Of a stretch of DNA of 64,000 nucleotides, positions 49,774 through 60,139 are shown piece after piece (within the stretch, counting starts at the first letter, position 1; each line of letters opens with the position of its first letter). Origin of the DNA: an uncultured Planctomycetales bacterium (lineage in GTDB: Bacteria > Omnitrophota > Gorgyraeia > Gygaellales > Profunditerraquicolaceae); contig CAZIUK010000001.1 of assembly GCA_964542785.1 (NCBI GenBank), forward strand, positions 69,115 through 133,114, written 5' to 3'. The notes under the pieces are model-generated. The model did no database searches, had not been told where the DNA came from, and worked only from the letters and a program-made list of their open reading frames with translations. Both the position numbers and the translations under genes were made by a program.

Positions 49774-49778
49774 ATATA

Positions 49779-50570
49779 ATGACTGAAACCGAGCTTATCT
49801 TTACCGAAGTTTTAGGTTGTAAAATTGATAAACTCTATCTTGATAGGAATAGAATCTTGACTTTAAGAGAATCTCGTTTTATATCATCTGCTTTAAAGAG
49901 GAGGGCATTAGGCGAGCCGATTCAATACATATTAGGCAAGACAGAGTTTATGGGGCTGGAATTTAAACTTAATAAACACGTGCTTATCCCGCGCCCTGAG
50001 ACAGAGATATTAGTAGAAGCAGTATTAAGGTATGCTAAAAAGAGTTTTCTTAGGGGCAAAGACATATTAGAATTAGGGACAGGCTCAGGCTGTATTGCTG
50101 TTTCTGTGGCAAAATTTCTCCTTGATTATAGAATTACTGCTACAGATATATCTTCGGAGGCTTTGAGGTTAGCATCCTTAAATGCGAAGTTAAATGGGAT
50201 AGGAGAAAGGGTATCATTTATTTTAAGTAATCTATTTTCTTCTCCCTTTTTTTTAAAAAATCAGTATTCGCTGTGCGTCTTTAATCCTCCGTATATTCCA
50301 ACTGATGAAATTGATAAGCTTCAGCCTGAGTTAAAATATGAACCTAGGATTGCCTTAGATGGAGGCAAAGATGGGCTTGAGTTTTACAGGCGCATTATTA
50401 ATGAGCCTAAAGGTTATCTTCAAAAAGGAGGAATCTTGATTTTAGAGATAGGGTATGATAAGTCTGAAGATATAAAAAAAATCTTTTCTTTATCTAAGAG
50501 ATTTGAAATAATTGAGATTATTAAGGATTATAATAGTATAGACCGGGTTATAGTCGCTAAAAGGAGTTAG
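49779..50570 (+). CDS. prmC: release factor glutamine N5-methyltransferase (HemK)
   Basis: SAM motif LELGTGSGCIA and catalytic NPPY (VFNPPYIP). Follows prfA. Confidence 0.9.
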   Translation: MTETELIFTEVLGCKIDKLYLDRNRILTLRESRFISSALKRRALGEPIQYILGKTEFMGLEFKLNKHVLIPRPETEILVEAVLRYAKKSFLRGKDILELGTGSGCIAVSVAKFLLDYRITATDISSEALRLASLNAKLNGIGERVSFILSNLFSSPFFLKNQYSLCVFNPPYIPTDEIDKLQPELKYEPRIALDGGKDGLEFYRRIINEPKGYLQKGGILILEIGYDKSEDIKKIFSLSKRFEIIEIIKDYNSIDRVIVAKRS

Positions 50571-50576
50571 GGGGGT

Positions 50577-51836
50577 ATGGATAAATTAGTAATTGAAGGA
50601 GGAATTAAGCTTAAAGGAGAAGTTACTATCTCCGGGGCTAAAAATTCAGTCTTGCCAATTATGGCTGCGACTTTGCTTACAGATGGTGCTTGTCTTATTA
50701 AGGGTGTCCCTGAATTGCGTGATACTAATACTATGATTAAGATACTTCGTTCTTTAGGTAAGGAGGTAGAGTTTAGTAAGGGCGTATTAAGTGTTACTTC
50801 CTTAAAGAAGGCAGGATATACGGCAGACTATAAACTTGTTTCTACTATGCGCGCCTCTTTTTGTGTTTTAGGTCCGCTTTTAGGCAAATTAAAGAAAGCA
50901 AAGGTTTCTCTTCCTGGAGGTTGTATTATTGGAGTTAGGCCGGTAGATTTACATTTAAAGGGAATCAGGGCATTAGGTGCAGATGTAGATATTGACTCTG
51001 GGTATATAATCGCTAAGGCAGGTAAGTTAAGGGGAGCGCATATTTATTTAGGTGGGGTTTATGGCTCCTCGGTTTTAGCTACTGATAATGTGATGATGGC
51101 TGCTGTTTTAGCTACTGGTAAGACTATTATTGAGGCTGCTGCCTGTGAGCCTGAGGTTGTTGATTTAGCAGAGTTTTTAATTAAGATGGGGGCTAGGATA
51201 AAAGGCCATGGCACCCCAACGATAGAGATAGATGGGGTTAGGTCTTTACATGGGGCAACGCATACGATTATCCCGGATAGAATTGAAGCAGGGACTATGA
51301 TCTTGGCTGCGCTTATAACTAAGGGAGATATACTTATTAAGAATGTTTTATCAAGTCATCTTGGTGCTTTAATTGATAAGTTGCAGGAGTCCGGGGCAGT
51401 TATAGTAAAGTCTGATACCTCTTTACGTATCTCTTATAAGCGTCCCTTGCAGGCAGTAAATATTACTACTCTTCCTTACCCTGGTTTTCCTACTGATATG
51501 CAAGCGCAGATGATGAGTTTGATGAGCATTGCTTCGGGGATAACAGTAATAACAGAGAAAGTTTACCCAGATAGATTTATGCATGTTGCGGAGTTAAACC
51601 GTATGGGAGCGCATATACAGCGTGAAGGTCCTCATGCTATAGTAGCAGGGGTAAAAGGGCTATCTGGTGCTTCAGTAATGGCTTCAGATTTACGTGCTTC
51701 TGCCTCTCTTGTTTTAGCCGGTTTGGCTTCTTCGGGTAAGACTACGATATCAAGGATATACCATTTAGAGCGCGGTTATGAGAGGTTTGAAGATAAGCTT
51801 TTAAGTTTAGGCGCACGGGTGTACAGGCAAGAGTGA
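50577..51836 (+). CDS. murA: UDP-N-acetylglucosamine 1-carboxyvinyltransferase
   Basis: EPSP-synthase-fold MurA pattern (KLVIEGG..L.GEV.ISGAKNS, catalytic loop region). 419 aa. Confidence 0.92.
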   Translation: MDKLVIEGGIKLKGEVTISGAKNSVLPIMAATLLTDGACLIKGVPELRDTNTMIKILRSLGKEVEFSKGVLSVTSLKKAGYTADYKLVSTMRASFCVLGPLLGKLKKAKVSLPGGCIIGVRPVDLHLKGIRALGADVDIDSGYIIAKAGKLRGAHIYLGGVYGSSVLATDNVMMAAVLATGKTIIEAAACEPEVVDLAEFLIKMGARIKGHGTPTIEIDGVRSLHGATHTIIPDRIEAGTMILAALITKGDILIKNVLSSHLGALIDKLQESGAVIVKSDTSLRISYKRPLQAVNITTLPYPGFPTDMQAQMMSLMSIASGITVITEKVYPDRFMHVAELNRMGAHIQREGPHAIVAGVKGLSGASVMASDLRASASLVLAGLASSGKTTISRIYHLERGYERFEDKLLSLGARVYRQE

Positions 51837-51908
51837 TAAAAGCTTAAGCCGAAGTCCGGCTCTGTACTTACTTTTTTAGCAAAGATACCTTAAGTAATTT
51901 TTAAGAGT

Positions 51909-52916
51909 ATGTTGATTAAAAAAGCGACAAAGATACTTATAGATAAGAAGAATCTAAAGCCTGAGGAGATAAAAGGGGTTATCTCTGATATGCTTTCTGG
52001 GGTTACAAATACCGCAGATATAGTAGAGTTTCTTACCTTTTTGAATAGCAAAGGAGAAACGGTAGAAGAACTTACCGCGGCAGTAGAGGCGATGCTTAAA
52101 TATGTGGAGCCTATCATTGTAGATAAGCCGAATATATTAGATACCTGCGGTACCGGAGGGGATAAAAAAGGAACCTTTAATATCTCTACTATTACTGCTT
52201 TTGTTGCCAGTGGCGCAGGGGTATGTGTAGCCAAGCATGGGAACCGCTCTGTCTCTAGTAGATGCGGGAGCGCAGACCTGCTTGAGGGGTTAGGCGTAGA
52301 TATAAATATGGATAGAGGTAAGATTAAAAGGTGCCTTGAAGAGTGTGGCATTGCTTTTCTCTTTGCCCCTAACCTCCATCGGGCGATGAGCTATGTAATG
52401 CCTGCCAGAAGGCAAATAGAAGAAAAGACCATCTTTAATATCTTAGGGCCTTTGATTAACCCTGCGCGTGCCACTAATCAGCTTATCGGAGTTTATAGCC
52501 GGCATTGGACTAAGACTTTAGCCGCTGTCTTAAGCAATCTTGGCACTAAGCATGTTTTAGTTGTCCATGGCAACGATGGACTAGATGAGGTTACAACTAC
52601 GGATAAGACCTTTATTTCTGAGGCAATTAACGGAAGTTTTAAGGATTATGAAATATTTCCTGAGGAGTTTGGTTTTCAGAGGGCCTCTATAGAGGATTTA
52701 GCAGGGTCTTGTATTAATGAGAATGTTCGTATAGCCTTGGATATTTTAAACGGTAAGAAAGGCCCTAAGAGGGATATTGTCCTCTTAAACTCTGCCTGTG
52801 CGATTTATGCTGCGGATAAGGCAAGTTCAATAGAAGAAGGAGTTGCCATAGCTAAAGACTCAATAGATAGCGGAAGAGCGTTAGAAAAACTTAATATTTT
52901 AAAGGAGTTTAAATAA
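51909..52916 (+). CDS. trpD: anthranilate phosphoribosyltransferase
   Basis: ILDTCGTGGDKKGTFNISTITAFV and VAKHGNRSVSS motifs. 335 aa. Confidence 0.92.
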   Translation: MLIKKATKILIDKKNLKPEEIKGVISDMLSGVTNTADIVEFLTFLNSKGETVEELTAAVEAMLKYVEPIIVDKPNILDTCGTGGDKKGTFNISTITAFVASGAGVCVAKHGNRSVSSRCGSADLLEGLGVDINMDRGKIKRCLEECGIAFLFAPNLHRAMSYVMPARRQIEEKTIFNILGPLINPARATNQLIGVYSRHWTKTLAAVLSNLGTKHVLVVHGNDGLDEVTTTDKTFISEAINGSFKDYEIFPEEFGFQRASIEDLAGSCINENVRIALDILNGKKGPKRDIVLLNSACAIYAADKASSIEEGVAIAKDSIDSGRALEKLNILKEFK

Positions 52917-52917
52917 A

Positions 52918-53709
52918 GTGAAAAAGATTGATGCCTTAAAAGAGATTGTACAAAAGAAAAAAGAGCGGCTCTCTTTAACTAAAGAGGCTCTTCCTTTAGA
53001 AGAGCTTAAATTAAAATTAGCCTCCACGCAAGGCAAGGCAAGGTTTAAAGATGCGGTTAATAAGCCGCATCAGATATCCCTTATTGCAGAGATTAAAAAG
53101 TCTTCCCCTTCTTTAGGTATTATCCGTCATGATTTTAACCATATTGAGATTGCTAAAGCATATCAAGAGAGCGGGGTGCAGGCTATCTCAGTCTTAACCG
53201 AAGAGGATTATTTTTTAGGAAGCCTTAACTTTTTAAAAGAGGTAAAAAATTTAACAAATTTACCTATTTTAAGGAAAGATTTTATCTTCGACCCTTATCA
53301 GATTTATGAATCTCGGGTTTATGGGGCAGATGCGGTATTATTAATAGCCTCTCTTCTTACTCAGGATGAAATAAAAGAGCTTTCTAGTTTGGCTTTAAGT
53401 TTAGGGATGGATGCTCTGGTTGAGGTGCACGATGAAAAAGAGCTAAAAAAGGTCTTAAAGTTAAAATCCGTCTCCCTCATAGGTATTAATAACCGTGACC
53501 TGCATACCCTTGAGATTGACTTAAAGACTGTTGAGAGGCTCTATCCTCTTGTTCCTAAAGGATTGACGGTAGTAGTCGAGAGCGGGATTAAATCTAGCCA
53601 AGATATCCTCTTTTTAAAGATACTCGGGGTAAATGCCTGTTTAATCGGGACAGTCTTTATGCAGTCTGAAAATATTCCGAGCAAGGTTGAAGAGATTATG
53701 AGGTGGTAA
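52918..53709 (+). CDS. trpC: indole-3-glycerol phosphate synthase
   Basis: IAEIKKSSPSLG and LRKDFI motifs. GTG start. 263 aa. Confidence 0.9.
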   Translation: MKKIDALKEIVQKKKERLSLTKEALPLEELKLKLASTQGKARFKDAVNKPHQISLIAEIKKSSPSLGIIRHDFNHIEIAKAYQESGVQAISVLTEEDYFLGSLNFLKEVKNLTNLPILRKDFIFDPYQIYESRVYGADAVLLIASLLTQDEIKELSSLALSLGMDALVEVHDEKELKKVLKLKSVSLIGINNRDLHTLEIDLKTVERLYPLVPKGLTVVVESGIKSSQDILFLKILGVNACLIGTVFMQSENIPSKVEEIMRW

Positions 53710-54321
53710 TTGGTTAAGGTAAAGATATGCGGTATTACTAATTTAGAGGATGCCTTAGCGGCTTTTTTTAGTGGTGCAGATGCGATAGGATTCGTCTTTT
53801 ATAAAAAAAGTCCGCGCTGTATAGCTTCTCTTAAGGCAAGCCGTATATCCAAGATACTCCCTAACTCTATTAAGAGGGTAGGTGTCTTTGTGAATTCCCC
53901 GGAGAGGCAGATAAAAGAGATTGCGCGTAAGTGTAATTTAGATATGTTGCAATTCCACGGGGATGAGACTCCTGATTTTTGTTCTAGGTTCTTAAGGTTT
54001 AAAGTGATTAAGGCGTTTAGGGTAAGTAGAGGATTTGATTTTAGCAAACTACTTAAATACAAAAGGTGTAGTTTTCTCTTTGACGGCTTTATAAAGAATA
54101 AATACGGAGGGACAGGGAGAAAATTTGACTGGTCTTTGCTAAAAGATAAAGCTAAGATAAGAAGAGAGGTTTTTTTATCTGGAGGACTAAATACCTCTAA
54201 TGTAAAGAAGGCTTTAAAAATAGTTAAACCTGATTGGGTGGATGTTTCAGGAGGAGTTGAGTTAGCCCCCGGGATAAAAAGCCATAAAAAGATAAAAGAA
54301 TTTATTAATTTAGTAAAATGA
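53710..54321 (+). CDS. trpF: N-(5'-phosphoribosyl)anthranilate isomerase
   Basis: VKICGIT...[10 protein letters not shown]-terminus. TTG start. 203 aa. Confidence 0.85.
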   Translation: MVKVKICGITNLEDALAAFFSGADAIGFVFYKKSPRCIASLKASRISKILPNSIKRVGVFVNSPERQIKEIARKCNLDMLQFHGDETPDFCSRFLRFKVIKAFRVSRGFDFSKLLKYKRCSFLFDGFIKNKYGGTGRKFDWSLLKDKAKIRREVFLSGGLNTSNVKKALKIVKPDWVDVSGGVELAPGIKSHKKIKEFINLVK

Positions 54322-55550
54322 GGTTAAAATCAACTTGTAAAAAGATACCGGATAATACCGGGCATTTCCTTGAGTTCGGCGGGAGATTTGTTCCTGAGAC
54401 GCTTATCTTTGCCTTAGATGAGCTTCAGAGAGAATACTATAAGGCTATCAAAGATAAAAGATTTATTTCCTGTCTAAACTATCACCTTAAGGAGTACGCT
54501 GGTAGGCCTACCCCTTTATATTACGCTAAAAACTTAAGCAGGTATTTTAAACGTATGGAGGTTTATTTAAAAAGAGAGGATCTTTTGCATACGGGCGCGC
54601 ATAAGATAAATAATGTTTTAGCCCAAGCGCTATTGGCTTTAAGGATGAAAAAATGCAGGGTGATTGCAGAGACAGGGGCCGGCCAGCATGGTGTAGCTGC
54701 GGCTACGGCTGCAGCGCTTTTTGGCTTAGAGTGCGATATCTATATGGGCGAAGAAGATATGAAGCGGCAGAGGCAAAATGTTTTCAGGATGGAGTTGTTG
54801 GGAGCAAGGGTGATACCGGTTTACTCAGGCTCTAAAACTTTAAAAGAGGCGATGACCGAGGCATTGCGCGATTGGGTTACTAATGTAAGGAATACGTATT
54901 ATATTGTAGGTACGGTTGCCGGCCCGCATCCTTACCCATTGCTTGTCAGGGATTTTCAATCTGTAATTGGCAGGGAGGTTAAAACGCAGATAAAGAAAAA
55001 AAGAGGAAGGTTCCCTGATTATCTGATTGCCTGCGTAGGAGGAGGAAGTAATGCCTTAGGCTTATTCCATCCATTTTTTAATTATAAAGACGTAAAGTTT
55101 ATAGGGGTTGAGGCAGGGGGGAGGGGGTTCTCTTTAGGGGAGAATGCCGCAACTTTAGTAAAAGGCAAAGTCGGGGTATTGCACGGAGCAAAGTCAGCTC
55201 TTTTGTATGATAAATTTGGGCAGATAAATCAGACGCATTCTATATCCGCAGGACTTGATTATCCCGGAGTTGGTCCGGAGCATTCTTATTATAAAAAGAT
55301 AGGCCGCGCTAAGTATGTGGCAGTATCTGATAAGGAAGCCTTATCAGCTTTTCGCCTTCTCTGTGAGGAGGAGGGGATAATACCTGCGTTAGAGTCTGCC
55401 CATGCTCTTGCTTATTTGACCAAATTATCCGGTAAGGTAAAAAGAGGCGCAATAGTAGTGGCCTGTCTATCAGGGCGGGGGGATAAGGATTTAGGGATTG
55501 TTACAGGAGTTCTAAAGGATGCAAAACAATATAAACCGAATAGACGATAA
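54318..55550 (+). CDS. trpB: tryptophan synthase beta chain (TrpB1 type)
   Basis: [19 protein letters not shown] (PLP Lys) and [10 protein letters not shown] motifs. 410 aa. Confidence 0.93.
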   Translation: MRLKSTCKKIPDNTGHFLEFGGRFVPETLIFALDELQREYYKAIKDKRFISCLNYHLKEYAGRPTPLYYAKNLSRYFKRMEVYLKREDLLHTGAHKINNVLAQALLALRMKKCRVIAETGAGQHGVAAATAAALFGLECDIYMGEEDMKRQRQNVFRMELLGARVIPVYSGSKTLKEAMTEALRDWVTNVRNTYYIVGTVAGPHPYPLLVRDFQSVIGREVKTQIKKKRGRFPDYLIACVGGGSNALGLFHPFFNYKDVKFIGVEAGGRGFSLGENAATLVKGKVGVLHGAKSALLYDKFGQINQTHSISAGLDYPGVGPEHSYYKKIGRAKYVAVSDKEALSAFRLLCEEEGIIPALESAHALAYLTKLSGKVKRGAIVVACLSGRGDKDLGIVTGVLKDAKQYKPNRR

Positions 55551-56313
55551 GTTTAAGGAGTTAAGAAAAAGCAGGAAGAAGGCTTTGATAATTTTTATTA
55601 CTGCAGGTTATCCTAATCTTAAGACAACAGAAGAGCTGGTTGTGGAGTTTGTTAGGGCAGGAGTTGATATGATAGAGTTAGGGGTTCCTTTTACTGACCC
55701 TTTAGCAGACGGAGCTGTGATACAGCAGGCATCTTTTGAGGCACTTAAGAATAATGTGCGGTTAATAGATGTTATTAATTTGGTAGGCAGGTTGCGTAAG
55801 AGAGTGCGCATTCCTATATTGATTATGACATACTATAATCCTATCTTTGCAATGGGGGAGGATAAGTTTATAGATATTTCGGCAAGAAAAGGCCTAGATG
55901 GGGTAATAGTCCCTGACTTGCCAGCGGATGAAGGAAAGGGTTTTACTTTAAAGGCCGGTAAGTCCGGGTTGTATAATATATCCTTTGTTGCCCCAACTAC
56001 TACTTTAAAAAGGATGAAGATGATTTTAAGGTTAGCTAAAGGGTTTATTTATTATGTCTCTTTGACTGGGGTTACAGGCGCGCGTAAATCTTTTCCTTTA
56101 AGGTTAAAAGAAAATGTCCGAAAACTCAAGAGGCATACGCAGGTTCCTGTTTGTGTAGGATTCGGGGTCTCCAATCGTAAGCAGGCAACAAGGATATCGG
56201 TGTTTGCGGATGGAGTTATTGTAGGAAGCGCGGTTGTATCTAAGATAAGAGAGAATATAGGGAAGCATAATTTAGTAAAAGAAGTAGCAGGTTTTGTAAG
56301 GGCTTTAAGGTAG
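55519..56313 (+). CDS. trpA: tryptophan synthase alpha chain
   Basis: [13 protein letters not shown] motif. 264 aa. Overlaps trpB. Confidence 0.9.
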   Translation: MQNNINRIDDKFKELRKSRKKALIIFITAGYPNLKTTEELVVEFVRAGVDMIELGVPFTDPLADGAVIQQASFEALKNNVRLIDVINLVGRLRKRVRIPILIMTYYNPIFAMGEDKFIDISARKGLDGVIVPDLPADEGKGFTLKAGKSGLYNISFVAPTTTLKRMKMILRLAKGFIYYVSLTGVTGARKSFPLRLKENVRKLKRHTQVPVCVGFGVSNRKQATRISVFADGVIVGSAVVSKIRENIGKHNLVKEVAGFVRALR

Positions 56314-56314
56314 A

Positions 56315-57592
56315 ATGAATACAGGTTGTCATAAAATTGTATTAAATAATGGCTTAAGGGTTATCTTAAGCCGTATGCCCGGGAGAAACTCCTTATCTTT
56401 AGGGATATTTATTAAGGTAGGCGGTAGGTATGAAGATAATGAGAATAAAGGCTCGGCGCATTTTTTAGAGCATCTTCTTTTTAAGGGCTCGAAAAATTAC
56501 TCTTGCCGTAATATTAAAGAATCTATTGAAGGAGTAGGAGGTATGTTGAATGGTTTTACCTCTGAAGAGTTGACTTGTTACCTGGTAAAGGTATCAAGCC
56601 TTTATACTGATAAGGCATTTAAGGTTCTTTCTGATATGGTTATCAGGCCGCTTTTACCCGAAGTAGAGGTAAAAAAAGAAAGGGGGGTTATATTAGAGGA
56701 GCTTAAGATGTACCGGGACCTTCCACAGAGTTATGTATATGAACTTTTGGATGGGCTTTTGTGGCCGAAGCAACCCTTGGGGCTTCCAATTATAGGCTCG
56801 GTTGATTCTATTTCTAAGGTTACCCGGGGCAGTCTATTATCTTTTTGGAGGAGGTATTATACTCCTTCTAATATTCTCATAAGTATTTCCGGGGATATTG
56901 ATATAGAGAAGTTGAGTAAAGAGATAGATAGAGAATTTGCGTCTCTGCCTAAAGGCAAGGATAGTGTATTTGCTAAAGCTAAGACAAGGCAGTCTTCTGC
57001 TCAGGTAAAGGCGTTTTATAAAGATACTGAACAGACGCATATAGCCTTAGGGTTTAAAGCGCTAAGGCGCGGTCACCCTTTAAGGCATGCCTTAACCTTG
57101 CTCCATATTCTTTTAGGGGCAAATATGTCCAGTAGGCTCTTTAATGAAATAAGAGAGAAACGCGGGTTAGTCTATGGGATTAGCACGGCGGTAAGACGTT
57201 TTTATGATACCGGAGCTTTTATTGTCCACGCCGGGATAGACAATCGCAAAGTATTTGAAGCAGTTAATTTAACGTTAAAAGAGCTTACAAAGGTAAAGGA
57301 TTATCCTATAGGCCGGGCTGAGTTTAAACGGGCTAAAGAATTTTACATCGGGCAATTAAAATTAGGGCTTGAAGATACAATGGAACATATGCTTTGGGTA
57401 GGAGAAAATGTTGCTACTATGGATAGAGCCCCTTCTTTAGAAGAGATTATTGAAGAGGTTGATAAAGTTAGGCAGGAGGATATCTTTTTTGTAGCCCAAA
57501 AGGTCTTTAGGGATGATAACCTTAACTTAGCCTTAATCGGGCCGCTTAAGGGTATAGAAGAGGCTATCAGTAAGAGGATAAATTTAAAATAA
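56315..57592 (+). CDS. M16-family zinc peptidase (insulinase-like), predicted active
   Basis: Inverted zinc motif HxxEH (HFLEHLLFKGS) plus the downstream Glu region. 425 aa. Confidence 0.8.
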   Translation: MNTGCHKIVLNNGLRVILSRMPGRNSLSLGIFIKVGGRYEDNENKGSAHFLEHLLFKGSKNYSCRNIKESIEGVGGMLNGFTSEELTCYLVKVSSLYTDKAFKVLSDMVIRPLLPEVEVKKERGVILEELKMYRDLPQSYVYELLDGLLWPKQPLGLPIIGSVDSISKVTRGSLLSFWRRYYTPSNILISISGDIDIEKLSKEIDREFASLPKGKDSVFAKAKTRQSSAQVKAFYKDTEQTHIALGFKALRRGHPLRHALTLLHILLGANMSSRLFNEIREKRGLVYGISTAVRRFYDTGAFIVHAGIDNRKVFEAVNLTLKELTKVKDYPIGRAEFKRAKEFYIGQLKLGLEDTMEHMLWVGENVATMDRAPSLEEIIEEVDKVRQEDIFFVAQKVFRDDNLNLALIGPLKGIEEAISKRINLK

Positions 57593-57593
57593 A

Positions 57594-58598
57594 ATGGTTA
57601 ATACGGTATTAATTTTTGTATTTGTTATTATTCTATCCGTAGCCTCCTTTATCTTTGCTGCTTCCGAATCTTCAATAATTGCTTTAAGTAGGATAAGGTT
57701 GCGCCATATGGTAGCTAAAGGGGTTAAAAGGGCGCAGAGTATCCAGAGGCTTTCAGGGAAGATGGATAAATTTATAGCCACTACGCTTATAGGCAATAGC
57801 TTTGTTAATATCGCGCTCTCGGCTTTGGTTACCGGGCTGTGCATACCCATCTTTGGTTTTCATTTAGGGACATTTATAGCGACTTTTACTACTGTTTTTT
57901 TTGTTCTTGTTTTTTGCGAGATTACCCCGAAGATATTAGCTACTAAGCATGCGGAGAAAGTCTCTCTTTTTGTAGCCCCGATTATGGAAGTTTTTGTTAA
58001 ATTTCTTGACCCAATAACCAGATTTTTCATCTGGATTAGCAATAGTTTACTTAAAATTTTTGGCGTAGAGCCGCCCAAGCGCTCGCCTCTTATTACGGAA
58101 GAAGAGATTAAACTTATGATTGAGGTTGGTAAAGACGAGGGGGTTGTAAGCGATGAGGAGAGGAAGATGCTACATCGTATATTTGAGTTTGGGGATACGC
58201 GGGTTGAGGATTGCATGGTTACAAAAGAAAATATAGTAGCAGTTAATATAAATACCACCTCTGAGGAGCTTTTGAATATGTTTGTAGAGGAAGGGTATGC
58301 AAGGTTGCCTGTTTATAGCGGAACAATAGAGAATATCGTAGGAATTATTTATGCCCGGGATCTTTTATACCTATTAAGAACTAAGGGGCTTTTTTTATTA
58401 CGGGATCTTGTCCATAACCCTTATTATATTTTAGAAGGTATGCGTGTTAATGAGCTCTTGCGTAAGTTTCAGGCAGATAAGGTCCAACTTGCAATAGTGG
58501 TCGATAAAAACAAAAAAACTCTTGGGCTTGTGACCTTAGAAGATTTAATTGAAGAGATTGTCGGTGAAATAGAAGAGGATAATCATCGTTTACGTTAA
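57594..58598 (+). CDS. CNNM/CorC-type DUF21 + CBS-pair membrane protein (TlyC/hemolysin-family misnomer), lacking the CorC_HlyC tail
   Basis: Four N-terminal TM helices (DUF21) followed by a CBS pair. Ends at 334 aa without the usual C-terminal transporter-associated domain. Confidence 0.7.
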   Translation: MVNTVLIFVFVIILSVASFIFAASESSIIALSRIRLRHMVAKGVKRAQSIQRLSGKMDKFIATTLIGNSFVNIALSALVTGLCIPIFGFHLGTFIATFTTVFFVLVFCEITPKILATKHAEKVSLFVAPIMEVFVKFLDPITRFFIWISNSLLKIFGVEPPKRSPLITEEEIKLMIEVGKDEGVVSDEERKMLHRIFEFGDTRVEDCMVTKENIVAVNINTTSEELLNMFVEEGYARLPVYSGTIENIVGIIYARDLLYLLRTKGLFLLRDLVHNPYYILEGMRVNELLRKFQADKVQLAIVVDKNKKTLGLVTLEDLIEEIVGEIEEDNHRLR

Positions 58599-58698
58599 AA
58601 GGTTTTTAAAAGGATGGGTAATTATTTTTTAAGCGGTAGCTTAGGTTTGAAGATATCTTTTTTAGTTGGTGGCAGTATAAAATAAGGAGAGAGATTAA

Positions 58699-59355
58699 GT
58701 GGTTAAAGCTTTAACTGTCTTAGAAGCAAAGAGACTGGACTTAAGGGCGATTAAGAGCTTTGGTGTCCCTTCTATCTTACTTATGGAGAATGCCGGTAGG
58801 GCAGTCAGCATAGAAGCTTTTAAAAATATAGGTTCTAAGAAACCTAAGATAGCTATAATCTGCGGCAAAGGAAATAACGGCGGAGACGGGTTTTCTGCGG
58901 CGCGCCACCTTATGGCTAGGGGGATAGATCCGGACCTTTATCTGTGCGCCGGATTTTCTGAGGTTAAAGGAGAAGCGAGAATAAATTTAAATATTTTATT
59001 GAAACTAAAGAAAAAAGTTTTTATTATAAATGACAAGAGCCTTAAAGCTTTTAAAAAGAGGTTGGCAAGTTACGGGTTGATAGTAGATTCTATTTTTGGG
59101 GTGGGATTAAAAGGAGTAGTTAAAGGCATAATCGCAGAGGTTATCAATATAATTAACCAATCTAATGTACGCGTTATCTCTGTTGACTTGCCTTCGGGGA
59201 TAGATGCAGATACAGGTGAGGTTTTGGGTATTGCCGTGAAAGCTGATACTACCGTTACTTTTATAGCCCCTAAGTTAGGGATGCTTAAAGGGCATGGAAA
59301 AGAGTTTTGTGGAAAAATTATAGTTCAAGATTTAGGGTTTCCTTTTTATTTGTAA
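58699..59355 (+). CDS. nnrE: NAD(P)H-hydrate epimerase (YjeF N-terminal domain only)
   Basis: LMENAGRAV...ICGKGNNGGDGF motif. 218 aa. GTG start. No fused dehydratase domain. Confidence 0.8.
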   Translation: MVKALTVLEAKRLDLRAIKSFGVPSILLMENAGRAVSIEAFKNIGSKKPKIAIICGKGNNGGDGFSAARHLMARGIDPDLYLCAGFSEVKGEARINLNILLKLKKKVFIINDKSLKAFKKRLASYGLIVDSIFGVGLKGVVKGIIAEVINIINQSNVRVISVDLPSGIDADTGEVLGIAVKADTTVTFIAPKLGMLKGHGKEFCGKIIVQDLGFPFYL

Positions 59356-59378
59356 TTGTAGTATAATATAAAAAAGAG

Positions 59379-59780
59379 ATGAAAAAGGAGAAAAGAAAGA
59401 CAAGGCGTGAAATTAACTGTAATGAGTGCAAGACTCAGTCTGACTGCTGTAGGTTTGGGGCTTGGATTGACTTAGAAGAGGCAAAAAAGATAATATCCGC
59501 CGGTATTAAGGGGGATTTTTTTCATTTAGAGAAAGATAAGAGTTTTCCTTCAGGATTTAGGATAGGCACTAGCATAGAGGATAATCCTTGTGTTTTTTTG
59601 GATAAAGACGGTTTATGCCGCATACACAAATACGATTATTCGCTTAAGCCCGTAACCTGTAAAGAGTTTCCTTATGAAAATGGAAGGATCTCTTCGTTTG
59701 CCGATGTTTTATGTACCCTTTATAGGAATAGGATTAGAAGAAGAACTAGAAATAAAAAAAGAAGGGTTTTGAAAAAGTAA
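59379..59780 (+). CDS. YkgJ/UPF0153-family Cys-cluster (putative Fe-S or zinc) protein with an Arg/Lys-rich tail
   Basis: CNECKTQSDCCRF ... CVFLDKDGLCRIHKY ... CKEFP pattern matches the CxxCxxCC family. 133 aa. Confidence 0.55.
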   Translation: MKKEKRKTRREINCNECKTQSDCCRFGAWIDLEEAKKIISAGIKGDFFHLEKDKSFPSGFRIGTSIEDNPCVFLDKDGLCRIHKYDYSLKPVTCKEFPYENGRISSFADVLCTLYRNRIRRRTRNKKRRVLKK

Positions 59781-59807
59781 AAAATTTATAGCGTAAAAAG
59801 AATTAAG

Positions 59808-60131
59808 ATGGAATTTAATAGTATAAAAGAAGAAGTAAAGAAGATACCCTTTGAGTCTTTACGTACTGATTGCGATAACTACTTTGAAGGAGTGTTGCTT
59901 AAAGAGGAAATCTTTAAGCTAAATGAAAGATTGAAAAGCTTTTTTGGAGACCCTGCCTGGCCCTCAAAAAATAGGTTGGCCTACCATGCCCAAGAAGCAA
60001 TAAGTAGTTTCGGCGGTATTATGCTCGGGCAAACCCTTTATTTTAAAAGAGAAGGAAGCAGCGCTTTATTTGCCATGCTCTGGCCTTGGAAGGATGGTTT
60101 GCGCACCACAGTTAAGATAATCCAAAGATAG
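59808..60131 (+). CDS. hypothetical protein (107 aa), no recognisable family
   Basis: Intact ORF with plausible spacing between neighbours. Assigned only by ORF integrity and context. Confidence 0.35.
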   Translation: MEFNSIKEEVKKIPFESLRTDCDNYFEGVLLKEEIFKLNERLKSFFGDPAWPSKNRLAYHAQEAISSFGGIMLGQTLYFKREGSSALFAMLWPWKDGLRTTVKIIQR

Positions 60132-60139
60132 AGGATTTG

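Noticed and set aside
51837-51908. Possible attenuator, T-box or terminator in the murA-trpD gap
   Set aside because: Only a 5-bp AGCCG/CGGCT hairpin with a distant T-run. The 72-nt gap is too short for a T-box or a trp leader peptide. Treated as at most a weak terminator.
54653-54835. 60-aa + strand ORF in an alternative frame inside trpB
   Set aside because: Embedded in a GC-rich stretch of trpB (the [14 protein letters not shown] region). No RBS. Its Arg/Gly-rich translation is a frame artefact.
58599-58698. Promoter candidate upstream of nnrE (TTGAAG ... TATAAA)
   Set aside because: The spacer between the best hexamers is about 23 nt, so the geometry is non-functional.
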